Below are positions 1 to 8,364 of a stretch of DNA of 41,753 bases, piece after piece; position 1 is the stretch's first letter; each line of letters begins with the position of its first letter. Source of the stretch: Thermoprotei archaeon. GTDB taxonomy: Archaea; Thermoproteota; Thermoprotei_A; Sulfolobales; NBVN01. The notes under the pieces are model-generated. The model saw only the letters and a list, made by a program, of their open reading frames with translations. It had not been told where the DNA came from and did no database searches. A program made the translations under genes and the position numbers. The stretch lies in contig QMWS01000002.1 in NCBI GenBank assembly GCA_003661745.1, positions 1-41,753 on the forward strand. Reading direction: 5' to 3'.

Positions 1-2
1 AC

Positions 3-830
3 CTTCTCCCGTCGTGAGCGTATTTTGTGCGATATGAGTTCCGCGAACCGGTGGATCTCCCGCGGCACCCTGTACGACTGCGCCAGAACACGCTCGCGGT
101 CGCCGGGCAATGGAGGGTCGAAGAATGCCCGTGGCTCCGCACCAGACCATTCATACAGCGATTGATCGTCGTCTCCGAACAGCGCCAGGAACCTGGTTCG
201 CCACGCTCGGAGCACGTCCAGTTGGAGCGGCGTATGATCCTGCGCCTCGTCCACGAGGACGACCTGCTGCGCCGGTAATACCCCGCCCCCGCGGCACGCC
301 TCGAGCCACATTGTATAGTCCATGTAGCCCGCGTCCTCACACCAGGCCTTCCAGTCTCTGTAGATCTCTCTCGCTTGCTCGTCCCACCGCGAGACCGGCC
401 ACATCCGCTGCCGATATTCCACCATACGTTCGAATGCGAGCGACCCGCGCGACATACGCGTCTCAGGCGCCTGTTCGTCCTCGTCGTCGTCGCTTACCCG
501 TCGGAGGCGCGGCACCTCGTCTGACCATCGCGCCGCGAAGCGCGGTACATCGAGGAACTCCTCGATCTTCGTCTCCGCCGGTGGCCCAGCCCCGAGCGCG
601 CGCTTGCACCGCGCGTGTAGCGTCGTCACGTTGTCCTTCCCCAGCAGCGTGACGAGATCAGTCCCGCTCCCATCGTCTCTGCCCGCCGCTTCGCGCACCG
701 CCGCACGCGTCAGGGAACAGACCGACACCTGGTCTTCTCCGAAGACGTCCGCCGCGCGAACCGCCCAGCGGGTTAGCTCTGTCGTCTTGCCCGTGCCAGG
801 TGGGCCGAAAATTCTATACTCCGCTGTCAT
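3..830 (-). CDS. UvrD/Rep-family (SF1) DNA helicase, partial (runs off window start)
   Basis: Not in the ORF track; translated by hand from ATG at 830. MTAEYRIFGPPGTGKTT (Walker A), TLHA, VLVDEAQD (Walker B), GDDDQSLYEWSGA and LAQSYR are SF1 motifs. Start overlaps the primase 3' end. Confidence 0.9.
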   Translation of the reverse strand, partial: MTAEYRIFGPPGTGKTTELTRWAVRAADVFGEDQVSVCSLTRAAVREAAGRDDGSGTDLVTLLGKDNVTTLHARCKRALGAGPPAETKIEEFLDVPRFAARWSDEVPRLRRVSDDDEDEQAPETRMSRGSLAFERMVEYRQRMWPVSRWDEQAREIYRDWKAWCEDAGYMDYTMWLEACRGGGVLPAQQVVLVDEAQDHTPLQLDVLRAWRTRFLALFGDDDQSLYEWSGAEPRAFFDPPLPGDRERVLAQSYRVPREIHRFAELISHKIRSRREK

Positions 831-2223
831 TCCACTCTACTCCTCTCACTATCCGCGTCCTGCCCTCCACCGTCCGGAACTGGCGCCGTTCCGCGCCAGC
901 TGCGCCGAGACGCTGCGACGCCTGCCGGAGCGATATGTTAATCCGCCACCGTGCGGACATGTGCCTACAGAAGTCTTCCAGGCTGAACCACGCCTTGCCG
1001 TTGCGATAGAACGCCCCGCTCGCTGGCACCTCACCCTGCGCCATGGAGACCTCGGAGAGATAGAGTCGCACGTAGTGCATTATCTCCCCCGCCGCTGTGG
1101 CTTCGCCGCCGGTCTCCACATCCCGCGCTACATCCAGGATTCGCTGCGCGACCTGCTCGTGCGTAGGCACCGACGTGGCGCTCCGGCGACGGATAACAAT
1201 CTTTGTAGCCTCCGCGACCGCGGTCTGTAGCCCGCGCGGGCTCATCAGCTGCTGCGTGCTGACGGCCACCGACCCCTGGTCAAATACGAGCTCGAGCGTA
1301 GTTGGCTCGCCGGTGATTCTTCGGACGTCGCGCAGGCGCACCCCATCACCGAGGAGTGAAGAGATAATCTCAAGCTTCTGCTCTCTGTCCACCGTCTCCT
1401 CGTCTCTCTCGCGATGCATTATAGACTCGATGACGGTCGTCAGTTCATCACGTTCCAATGGAGGTTGACACTTCTCGTTCCACGCTGACAGAAGCGTCTC
1501 CGCCTCAGTCCTCGACAGCCCAAGCCCGAAATAACGCCCCGCCAGTCGCGCAGCAGTCTGGTTCCGCTTGCCGGTGGGCGTGCCATGCACCAGCGCACTG
1601 TCATACCACGACAGCGCCGCGTCATCCTGCGTACCATGACGACCGCGCCGCCGCTGGAAGACAGAGAGATCGATTTCCGGCAATTCAACGTCGAAGATGC
1701 TCCGGCCAGGCAGCCACTCGTATCGCGACCCGCTGGCATGCCTCGATGGCGGCACGACGACAAATGCGCCCTCGGCGCGGATATCCACGCCTGGCAGGAC
1801 GCGCACCCCCGTCCGCGGCGCCAAGGTCGCGTCCTTAGGCCAGCGAACGTACACATGCCACCCGCCGCCCCCCGTCCGCACCGTCGGCGCCAGCGGCAGC
1901 TCACCGTCCTTAAGCCCGAGCGCCTCGGACAGCGCCTCCTTGCCCTCCTCGCTGTCTATGTCGAGGACGATGACGCCTGAGACCTCTCCCGTGACCACTC
2001 CCAGATTCGAGTCCGGATGTCTTCTCAGTTCCGCCTCGATGATCTCCTCAGTCGCAGCGACGCTGCACCGTTCACGCCACCGCCCCCGGGGATGCTTCCC
2101 GGGGCGGTCGCAGTTTTCGTCACCGCACGTGCACGTGCCGTCGTCGTTAATTCCGTGCACGGCTACAACTGATAAGCCAGCTCTCACCAGTGCTTTCGCA
2201 TCATCTATGATGCTGTCGTGCAT
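814..2223 (-). CDS. Bifunctional DNA primase/polymerase (Prim-Pol plus PriCT-1-like domain)
   Basis: CTCGDENC..PGKHP, NLGVVTG, VLDID, VRTGGGGWHVY, DIRAEGAFVVVPPSRH, G.RNQTAARLAG and WNEKCQPPL. ATG at 2223 follows GGAGG. Confidence 0.9.
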   Translation of the reverse strand: MHDSIIDDAKALVRAGLSVVAVHGINDDGTCTCGDENCDRPGKHPRGRWRERCSVAATEEIIEAELRRHPDSNLGVVTGEVSGVIVLDIDSEEGKEALSEALGLKDGELPLAPTVRTGGGGWHVYVRWPKDATLAPRTGVRVLPGVDIRAEGAFVVVPPSRHASGSRYEWLPGRSIFDVELPEIDLSVFQRRRGRHGTQDDAALSWYDSALVHGTPTGKRNQTAARLAGRYFGLGLSRTEAETLLSAWNEKCQPPLERDELTTVIESIMHRERDEETVDREQKLEIISSLLGDGVRLRDVRRITGEPTTLELVFDQGSVAVSTQQLMSPRGLQTAVAEATKIVIRRRSATSVPTHEQVAQRILDVARDVETGGEATAAGEIMHYVRLYLSEVSMAQGEVPASGAFYRNGKAWFSLEDFCRHMSARWRINISLRQASQRLGAAGAERRQFRTVEGRTRIVRGVEWNDSGV

Positions 2224-2290
2224 TACGCTTCCTCCGAACTCACAGCGCGCGGGAGCCTGGTCGGCCCCCACGCGCGTTGATGCTGCTTAT

Positions 2291-2767
2291 TTAGAACGGT
2301 GGCATGTTGTCATCGTCATCTGCCGCCTGCTTCCTGGAGCGCGTGGCCTCCTCCCTCGCACCTCTCGGCGCCTGCTCCGAGTCGAGCGGCTCGACGCGCG
2401 AGACTCGATTGAAGTCACGCTCTTCGCCGTCGCGGCCGCGGCGTCGCTCTGTGGTGATTGTGAGAAGCGCACGGCGGCCGACGAAGTCGTCCGTGTCCCC
2501 GCTCCAGACGCCATCGAGCTCCTCTTTCACGAACGCTGCGATGTGCTGCTTCAGGTTGAACAGCGCGTGCTCCTGGAGACTCGTGTACGATCGGATCTGG
2601 CGCCCGGCATGCTCCCCCAGGGCAATCTCCCACTGCCACACCAGCATCGGATTCCCGGAGCTGCTCTCGCGCTCCTCAGTGCTAAGGAGCTGCGCGACGT
2701 ACTTCCCCGACGGTATCGCTTCCCACGCGGACTCGGCGTTCGACAAATCAATCACGATCTTAGGCAT
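2291..2767 (-). CDS. DUF669-like single-stranded DNA-binding protein
   Basis: IPSGKY..SSSGNPML..GEHAGR pattern; acidic tail ending DDDDNMPPF; lies in the recombination module. Confidence 0.75.
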   Translation of the reverse strand: MPKIVIDLSNAESAWEAIPSGKYVAQLLSTEERESSSGNPMLVWQWEIALGEHAGRQIRSYTSLQEHALFNLKQHIAAFVKEELDGVWSGDTDDFVGRRALLTITTERRRGRDGEERDFNRVSRVEPLDSEQAPRGAREEATRSRKQAADDDDNMPPF

Positions 2768-2768
2768 T

Positions 2769-4109
2769 TCACCCTCCTAGGATATTTCTCGCGGCTTCTA
2801 TACCGCTTACTGCACATGCGACATGGCTATCTAGATAGCCGCTGGCATTTCCAACCACGTACACGCCTGGCACCCCGCTGACCTGCCAGCCGCGGTCAAC
2901 GGCAATGCGGTATCCATAATACTTCGCCTCGGGCGCGTAGATAACACCATTGGGCAACAAATCCGGCAACGCCTCCGACAGCGCTAAGATGAATCGCGCG
3001 AATGCACCGTGGACGCGCTTCGGAAGCACCCTGCCGAAATCGAACGCTATCGCCTTGTGATTCGTCCGCCGAAGCTTTCTCCTTCGGCCTCGCGCGACAC
3101 GGAGAAATTCCTCAATCGTCTGCACCGCCGTGCCGCCAGCCGCGTCGTTGACCCCTCGCGCCAGCGTGCGGACGTACTCCGGTGGGTCAGAGATCTCGTC
3201 CGTCTGCGCAATCCGCAGGATCAGTGCGAAATTACTGAACTGCGACTTCTTCTCGAGGAGATACGAGTGCCCGTTGACGTTTATGAAGCCCAGGCTCCGG
3301 TGGTTCTCGTTGACGACGAAACCACGCTGGTTGCAGCAGAATGTACGCACCTGCCAGTCGTCGTCGTCAGAGACCAATTTCCAGTCATAGAACTCCTCGA
3401 ACGCAGGCTCCAGCGCCTTCGCCGGTGCCTCGACCCGAAGGCCAAACCCCGCGTGCCCTGGCACCAGCGTGGCGCCCAAGCCGCGCAGCACCCGCTCGCT
3501 CCAGCCAGTCCCCGCGAGCCCGGTCGCGATCACCACAGCGTCGAATTCCTCTGTTCCATCTCGATGCTGAACAGCGACCTTGCCGCTCGACGGAAAGACG
3601 TCGTCAATCCCGCGCCGCACGAACTTGACGCCACGCTCGACGAGGTCGAGGATCTGCAATTGCGTCACAGCGCGGATCCCTTCCGTCCCGAAATGCAGGA
3701 GCGGGTAGGTCTGGAAGGTCAGCCCCGTCCCGCGCCAGTTCGGCGTCTTAGTTGACGAACTCGAAACCAACCGGTACGGGATCCCGCCCGAGCGCGCGAG
3801 CTCCACAAAGCGCTTCCCCACCGCCGCGAGGAGATCGTCGTATGTCGCGGGATCGAAGACATCGAGCCCTTGCGTCCCCCTGCCAAACGTGAGCTTCCCG
3901 TCACTCATACCGCCCGCGCCACCGTCGCCCTCGAGGATCGCGCACGTCTCGCACGGGCAATGGTCGAGCTCAGGCAGGCGGCACTCTGTCCGCGCGGACA
4001 TACGATCTCCGCGCTCGAAGATCGTCACGTCAACCTTGCCCACCAGGCCCTCGGCCGTGAAAAGCCCCGCTGGGCCAGCACCGATAATCGCAACTCGCCG
4101 CTTCCTCAC
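2769..4109 (-). CDS. FAD-dependent oxidoreductase (COG2509-like)
   Basis: VAIIGAGPAG Rossmann motif, Cys cluster then GDGGAGGMSDGKL, VRTFC..GFV..VNGHS..SNFAL, APEAKYY and GVYVVGNASG. GTG at 4109 overlaps the upstream TAG. Confidence 0.85.
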   Translation of the reverse strand: MRKRRVAIIGAGPAGLFTAEGLVGKVDVTIFERGDRMSARTECRLPELDHCPCETCAILEGDGGAGGMSDGKLTFGRGTQGLDVFDPATYDDLLAAVGKRFVELARSGGIPYRLVSSSSTKTPNWRGTGLTFQTYPLLHFGTEGIRAVTQLQILDLVERGVKFVRRGIDDVFPSSGKVAVQHRDGTEEFDAVVIATGLAGTGWSERVLRGLGATLVPGHAGFGLRVEAPAKALEPAFEEFYDWKLVSDDDDWQVRTFCCNQRGFVVNENHRSLGFINVNGHSYLLEKKSQFSNFALILRIAQTDEISDPPEYVRTLARGVNDAAGGTAVQTIEEFLRVARGRRRKLRRTNHKAIAFDFGRVLPKRVHGAFARFILALSEALPDLLPNGVIYAPEAKYYGYRIAVDRGWQVSGVPGVYVVGNASGYLDSHVACAVSGIEAARNILGG

Positions 4110-4855
4110 TAGTTCCCCTCCCAAAGGCTCAGGATCTTGCTCATGTCCGGATCGAAAATCCCCCGCGCCTGCACCCCCCGTGCTTTGGCGAGGTAGCGCA
4201 TTTTCGTCTCCTCGGAGACATGCTCGCTCAGGAGCAGGTAGCGCCGGAGCCGCGTGTTGCCCTCGTCGTCCGTCTCCTCGAATGTGGTCAGCCTGGCCAA
4301 CACGTCCACAAACGCGCCAGCCTCAACGCCCAGCTGACCCGATAGCTGCGGGCACACCACGCCGAGCCGCTCGTCCGAACGCTCGTGCGCAAGCATTAAG
4401 ACGTGCATCCGCGCCTCCGGATCGTCCTGATACGCAAGATTCCTAAACGCCCTGATGACCTTGCGCATCTGGTCGCCCGTGCGCAACCAGTCCTGTCTGG
4501 TCGGCACTGGCGTTGCTTCGAGATCCTCCGCGCTCGCCCCACTGCCGACGATGCTCGCGAGACTCAACGCCCGCTGCATCTCGGTCAACGTGTCGAGCAC
4601 CACGCACCGATAGCCGCTCTTGCCCGAGGCGAGCATGTCGTAGACCTCCTGGACATCCGCCCACGACCGCGGCCGGACTATATCAACCGCCTTCCCGCGA
4701 ATCGTAAGCGTACCTGCCTCGAAGTCCACTAGCAGCACCGGCGACGTCGCCTCGCAGTCCGCCGCGGTGCCCGCGAGATGTGTCTTGCCAGACCCCGTCA
4801 CACCGTACACAAGGATGTTCAGGAACAGCGTGTCCTCTGCCGATACGATTTTCAT
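4109..4855 (-). CDS. AAA_24-family ATPase (Sak4-like recombination protein)
   Basis: ILVYGVTGSGKT, VDFEAG, VVLDTLTE and LAHE motifs; sits between the nuclease and SSB genes. Confidence 0.8.
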   Translation of the reverse strand: MKIVSAEDTLFLNILVYGVTGSGKTHLAGTAADCEATSPVLLVDFEAGTLTIRGKAVDIVRPRSWADVQEVYDMLASGKSGYRCVVLDTLTEMQRALSLASIVGSGASAEDLEATPVPTRQDWLRTGDQMRKVIRAFRNLAYQDDPEARMHVLMLAHERSDERLGVVCPQLSGQLGVEAGAFVDVLARLTTFEETDDEGNTRLRRYLLLSEHVSEETKMRYLAKARGVQARGIFDPDMSKILSLWEGN

Positions 4856-4856
4856 G

Positions 4857-5774
4857 CTACCCTCCAGTTTGAGTGTCGCCCGAGATATTACCACCGCCCC
4901 GCCCGTCTTGTTCATACTGTTTCCGACGGTGGTAAGATGTTCTGAGAATGAATTCCCAATCGCCGCCGCTCTGATACACGCGGCAGACCTCGCGGAAGTC
5001 GCACATCGCGCAGCGCACCTGCGCGGGTTGCGGATAGATCAGAACTTCCCTGCCGCGCGTCGCGATCAGCTCGCGATACTGCCCGTACGCGCGTGTCAGG
5101 AACACCTCGATGTGCCTCTTCGTACGCGAGACCACGTGCCGCTCAAACAGCCGCGACCGAACGCGCGGCCCTGGACGCTGCTTCCGCAAGCCGTTCCAGA
5201 TGACCCCTACTACGTGCTCCCCCTCGAGCCCGAGGTCGTCTGCCAGCGCCTGCCCCAACCACACCTGCGCGGACATCTGGTGATCGAGCTCGAGCCACGA
5301 CGGATCGAACCGCTGGAATGTCTTGTGCTCAAGGACGTAGAGATTTCCGTCCTCATAGCTGCGCACCAGGCCGTCCAGGCGCGCGTTGAGAATGCACGCC
5401 GTCCGCCGCCCCGACGGCGCAGGCAGCGGGCGACGAAGGACATGCTCCGTCGCGAGCACCTCGAAGTTGTCGCGATTCTTGTACGTCTCCCTGTACCCGC
5501 GGAGCATCGCGATCCCAAGATCCCGATGATCCCTGTACTCCGTGGGATCCAGGTCGTCCCTGCGCGCGTCCCAGACAGAGACGAAAACGTCCACAAGATC
5601 CCCGCGGCCAGCGTAGTATTCCTCGAGCGCGCGGTGGATCGCCGTGCCGAACTCGAGCGCCACCGCGCTGGCGATAGGCCGCCACCCCTCCCTATACCCA
5701 AGGTGCCATGCCAGCCGACACGACATCGCGTTCAGCTGGCTCGGACTCAGCGTCACTTGCCGTCGCTTTGCCAC
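4857..5774 (-). CDS. PD-(D/E)XK (RecB/Cas4-like) exonuclease
   Basis: LSPSQL..C, FGTAIHRALE, RLDGLV, VLEHKT and C-terminal CAMCDFREVC. Confidence 0.85.
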   Translation of the reverse strand: MAKRRQVTLSPSQLNAMSCRLAWHLGYREGWRPIASAVALEFGTAIHRALEEYYAGRGDLVDVFVSVWDARRDDLDPTEYRDHRDLGIAMLRGYRETYKNRDNFEVLATEHVLRRPLPAPSGRRTACILNARLDGLVRSYEDGNLYVLEHKTFQRFDPSWLELDHQMSAQVWLGQALADDLGLEGEHVVGVIWNGLRKQRPGPRVRSRLFERHVVSRTKRHIEVFLTRAYGQYRELIATRGREVLIYPQPAQVRCAMCDFREVCRVYQSGGDWEFILRTSYHRRKQYEQDGRGGGNISGDTQTGG

Positions 5775-7314
5775 TTCTCAACCTCCTCATCAGTTCATTC
5801 ACTTGCACTTCACGCTTTTGGCTGATAATGTCGAAGATGTGCTCCTCAATGCTGTCTCTCGTCAATATCACCACAGTTTCCACTTCCTCGGCCCTCTGCC
5901 CGATCCGATATATCCTGTCTTCCGCGTGGATATTCCCAGCCGGATGCCAGGCGAGGTCGAGAAAAATCGCCCGCCGAGCCGCGACCAGGTTGAGCCCCTC
6001 GCCACCGACGCCGTGCGTCGCTACCAGCGCCTGCGCGTCCTCCTCAAGCGCCGCAAGCGCACGCTCGCGCTCGCGTGGAGACACGCTCCCCGTGAGCAGC
6101 ACCGCGCGGATGCCCTCGGCGTTGAGCCGCTCGACGGCGCGCTTCGCGAGTTGCTCGAACATCGTGAAGACAACCGCCTTGCCGTCGCCCTCGCGGATGA
6201 CCTCGACCAGCGCGTCTAGCTTGCTGCCGCCCTTATAGTCAGGAAAGACCAGGGACGGATCCAGCGCCAGCTGCCGCAGGCGCGTGACCTCGCTAAGCGC
6301 GCCGTCCGACCACACTTCCTCGTTACCGAAGCGCACCCGGCCGGTCTCGAGCATCTCATCGTACAGCGCCGCCTGCCCAGCAGGCATCTGGTAGCTCACG
6401 ACCCGCCGCGTACGCGTCGGGAGCCCATCGAGCCTGTCCTTCTCCCGCCTTAGGACATACACCGAGAGGATACGCTCCAACGCCTCGCGCTCGCCGTCCT
6501 TGACCCCGCCGACCTTGATTCCGTAGCGCGTCTCGTGCACGTCGAAGAAGCGCCACGCGAACAACCAGTACGACGAAAAGCGCGCCGGATCGACAAGGTG
6601 GAGAAGGCTCCAAATATCCGACGCGACGTTGACCGTCGGGGACGCTGTCAGGAGGAATACCCAGTCCGCCTCCGCGCACATCCGCTTCAGCACGTCGAAT
6701 GTCTGCGTCTTCCGGTTCCGCGCATTGTGCGCCTCGTCCACGATGATGAGGTCAGCGTGCAGATCGTTCAGCAGAATCTGTGCGAAGTTGCAGATGAGGA
6801 ACTCATCAGTCCACGACCCCAGGATCTCCTGCCGCTCGTCCGCATTTCCCGTCAGCGCCAGCGGCGACCTGGTCGTCCAGCGACGGACGTGCTCCGCCCA
6901 GTCTGGGATCTTGGAGTCGTTACAAACGATAACCGCCCTGCGCGGCTTAGCAGCGTCTGCTGCAACTAGAGACATCACCGTTTTCCCAAGTCCTTGGCTA
7001 TCCGCCAGGATACCACGCCGCGCGGCCAGGAGCCAGCGCACCGCGACCCGCTGGTGCGGAAGAAGATCGTCGCGACCAGGGGCGTCGTCCTGCCCCGCGA
7101 GCGATAGGAGCTCCTCCTGACGCTCCCGTATCTCGCGGAACCGCACGCGCAGCGCAGGAGAGATTTGGACTCGACCGCGATTGTGCATGAGAATGCGGCG
7201 GGCGACGTCGCCGCATATAGGAAACGATCGAGGAGGTCTGCCGAAGGGGCAGATTTCTGGCGGGACGTCGCCCTTGAACATCATTCTATCACGATAGAGA
7301 TATAGCGTCCTCAT
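5692..7314 (-). CDS. SNF2-like SF2 helicase
   Basis: LLPHQ, LADSQGLGKT, IIVDEAH, LLTASP, SKL, GEGLNL and AEDRIYRIGQ. Confidence 0.92.
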   Translation of the reverse strand: MRTLYLYRDRMMFKGDVPPEICPFGRPPRSFPICGDVARRILMHNRGRVQISPALRVRFREIRERQEELLSLAGQDDAPGRDDLLPHQRVAVRWLLAARRGILADSQGLGKTVMSLVAADAAKPRRAVIVCNDSKIPDWAEHVRRWTTRSPLALTGNADERQEILGSWTDEFLICNFAQILLNDLHADLIIVDEAHNARNRKTQTFDVLKRMCAEADWVFLLTASPTVNVASDIWSLLHLVDPARFSSYWLFAWRFFDVHETRYGIKVGGVKDGEREALERILSVYVLRREKDRLDGLPTRTRRVVSYQMPAGQAALYDEMLETGRVRFGNEEVWSDGALSEVTRLRQLALDPSLVFPDYKGGSKLDALVEVIREGDGKAVVFTMFEQLAKRAVERLNAEGIRAVLLTGSVSPRERERALAALEEDAQALVATHGVGGEGLNLVAARRAIFLDLAWHPAGNIHAEDRIYRIGQRAEEVETVVILTRDSIEEHIFDIISQKREVQVNELMRRLRSGKATASDAESEPAERDVVSAGMAPWV

Positions 7315-7601
7315 GCTCCGCGCTCCTCCGCGATCTCCGCGAGTTGCGAGGAATATTTTGGCATAGCGCGGAGGACGACGTTCATCTGTTTCTGAGAGAC
7401 CAGCTGGCCCGCGAGCACCCGCTCCGCGATGCTGGTCAGAATCTCCGCATCGCGGGCGTTGAAGCCCACGCCGTTACGATAGACCGTCCGGCCCGTCGCC
7501 TGCTCGTCGGCCTCCTGGCGCGCGTAGATGGCCAGCAGCGCGCGGATGGCCCACCGCGGGTCGCTGCTCACCTTCCGTCGAATCTCTTCCTGGCTGATCA
7601 T
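7311..7601 (-). CDS. Phage hypothetical protein
   Basis: 96-aa ORF with GGAGG RBS and ATGA overlap with the helicase; Q..DEQ...T...NGVGF...DA pattern. Confidence 0.7.
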   Translation of the reverse strand: MISQEEIRRKVSSDPRWAIRALLAIYARQEADEQATGRTVYRNGVGFNARDAEILTSIAERVLAGQLVSQKQMNVVLRAMPKYSSQLAEIAEERGA

Positions 7602-7628
7602 GCTTCCCTCCGGAATCTCGTTTAGCTC

Positions 7629-7662
7629 AGCTTAGCACATCCTCGCCGCGAGAGAAATACCC
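7629..7662 (-). promoter_or_regulatory. Putative extended -10 promoter
   Basis: Minus strand GGGTATTTCTC-N17-TAAGCT with TGTGn directly before the -10; intergenic, upstream of the helicase cluster. Confidence 0.45.
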
Positions 7663-7680
7663 TGCTCACTCCCGGAGGGC

Positions 7681-8052
7681 CTACTCGCCTCGCTGTTTAC
7701 GCCGCCACCGGAGGACATGCGCCAGCGCGTCGCGCGCGTGCCTTCCGCGTACCAGGGCGGCCGCGCACTGCCTGTCCAGCGCCCCCGCCCCAGGCGGCTG
7801 GAGGACGAGCCGTATGCCCTCCTCCTGGCATATCAGTGTGACCGCGCCGATGACCAGTAACGGATCCCTGTAATTGACCGCCCTGCCAGCCGTGCCGCGG
7901 AAGTCCTCCATGACCACGACGTCCGCGCCGCGGATCCAGTCGCGCAGCTCACCAAGCCCCCGGATCTCCGCCGACCGCACGACACCACCCTCCTCCCGCA
8001 CGACGCCCGTCGTCCCGCCAGGGTCAATCCCAACTACGATCTCGCTGCCCAT
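7681..8052 (-). CDS. RuvC-like Holliday junction resolvase
   Basis: VVGIDPGGTTG, VVVMEDF and HARDALAH give the RuvC acidic pattern. An alternative in-frame start at 8145 lies inside the upstream repeat. Confidence 0.75.
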   Translation of the reverse strand: MGSEIVVGIDPGGTTGVVREEGGVVRSAEIRGLGELRDWIRGADVVVMEDFRGTAGRAVNYRDPLLVIGAVTLICQEEGIRLVLQPPGAGALDRQCAAALVRGRHARDALAHVLRWRRKQRGE

Positions 8053-8056
8053 GCCC

Positions 8057-8260
8057 GAAATTCCCCCTTTATTTTTGAAGAGAGTGAATCTTATAAAGTT
8101 ATATATCGAACGCGCCTCAAAATTAAGGAGCGGATTGCTTGGCATTGTTTCCCCTCAGCCCGCCGGAAATTCCCCTTTATTTTTGAAGAAAGTGAATCTT
8201 ATAAAGTTATATATCGAACGCGCCTCTAATTTAAGGAGCGGATTGCTTGGCATTGTTTCC
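8057..8260. repeat. Two tandem copies (8057-8152, 8166-8260) of a ~95-bp AT-rich element; third copy at 38139
   Basis: Near-identical copies sharing the invariant core TGAATCTTATAAAGTTATATATCGAACGCGCC. Confidence 0.95.
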
Positions 8261-8287
8261 TCGTAGCTCGCGCTCGCGCCGGAGGCG

Positions 8288-8327
8288 GAATCTGCACTCG
8301 GACGCCTCAATCTCCGAGTGCAGATTC
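8288..8327. terminator. 15-bp perfect inverted repeat after the endolysin (possible terminator)
   Basis: GAATCTGCACTCGGA-N10-TCCGAGTGCAGATTC. There is no U-tract on the minus strand, so the function is uncertain. Confidence 0.5.
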
Positions 8328-8364
8328 TTTGCTCCCCGGCCTAGTAGGTCAAGCCGGCGGCGGG

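Noticed and set aside
2243..2279. GC-rich hairpin between DUF669 and primase
   Set aside because: Imperfect stem with no U-tract; too weak to call a terminator or ncRNA.
8085..8110. Archaeal BRE/TATA promoter reading of AAAGTTATATAT, implying an archaeal virus
   Set aside because: The SLT endolysin, holin and bacterial-type extended -10 elements point to a bacterial host.
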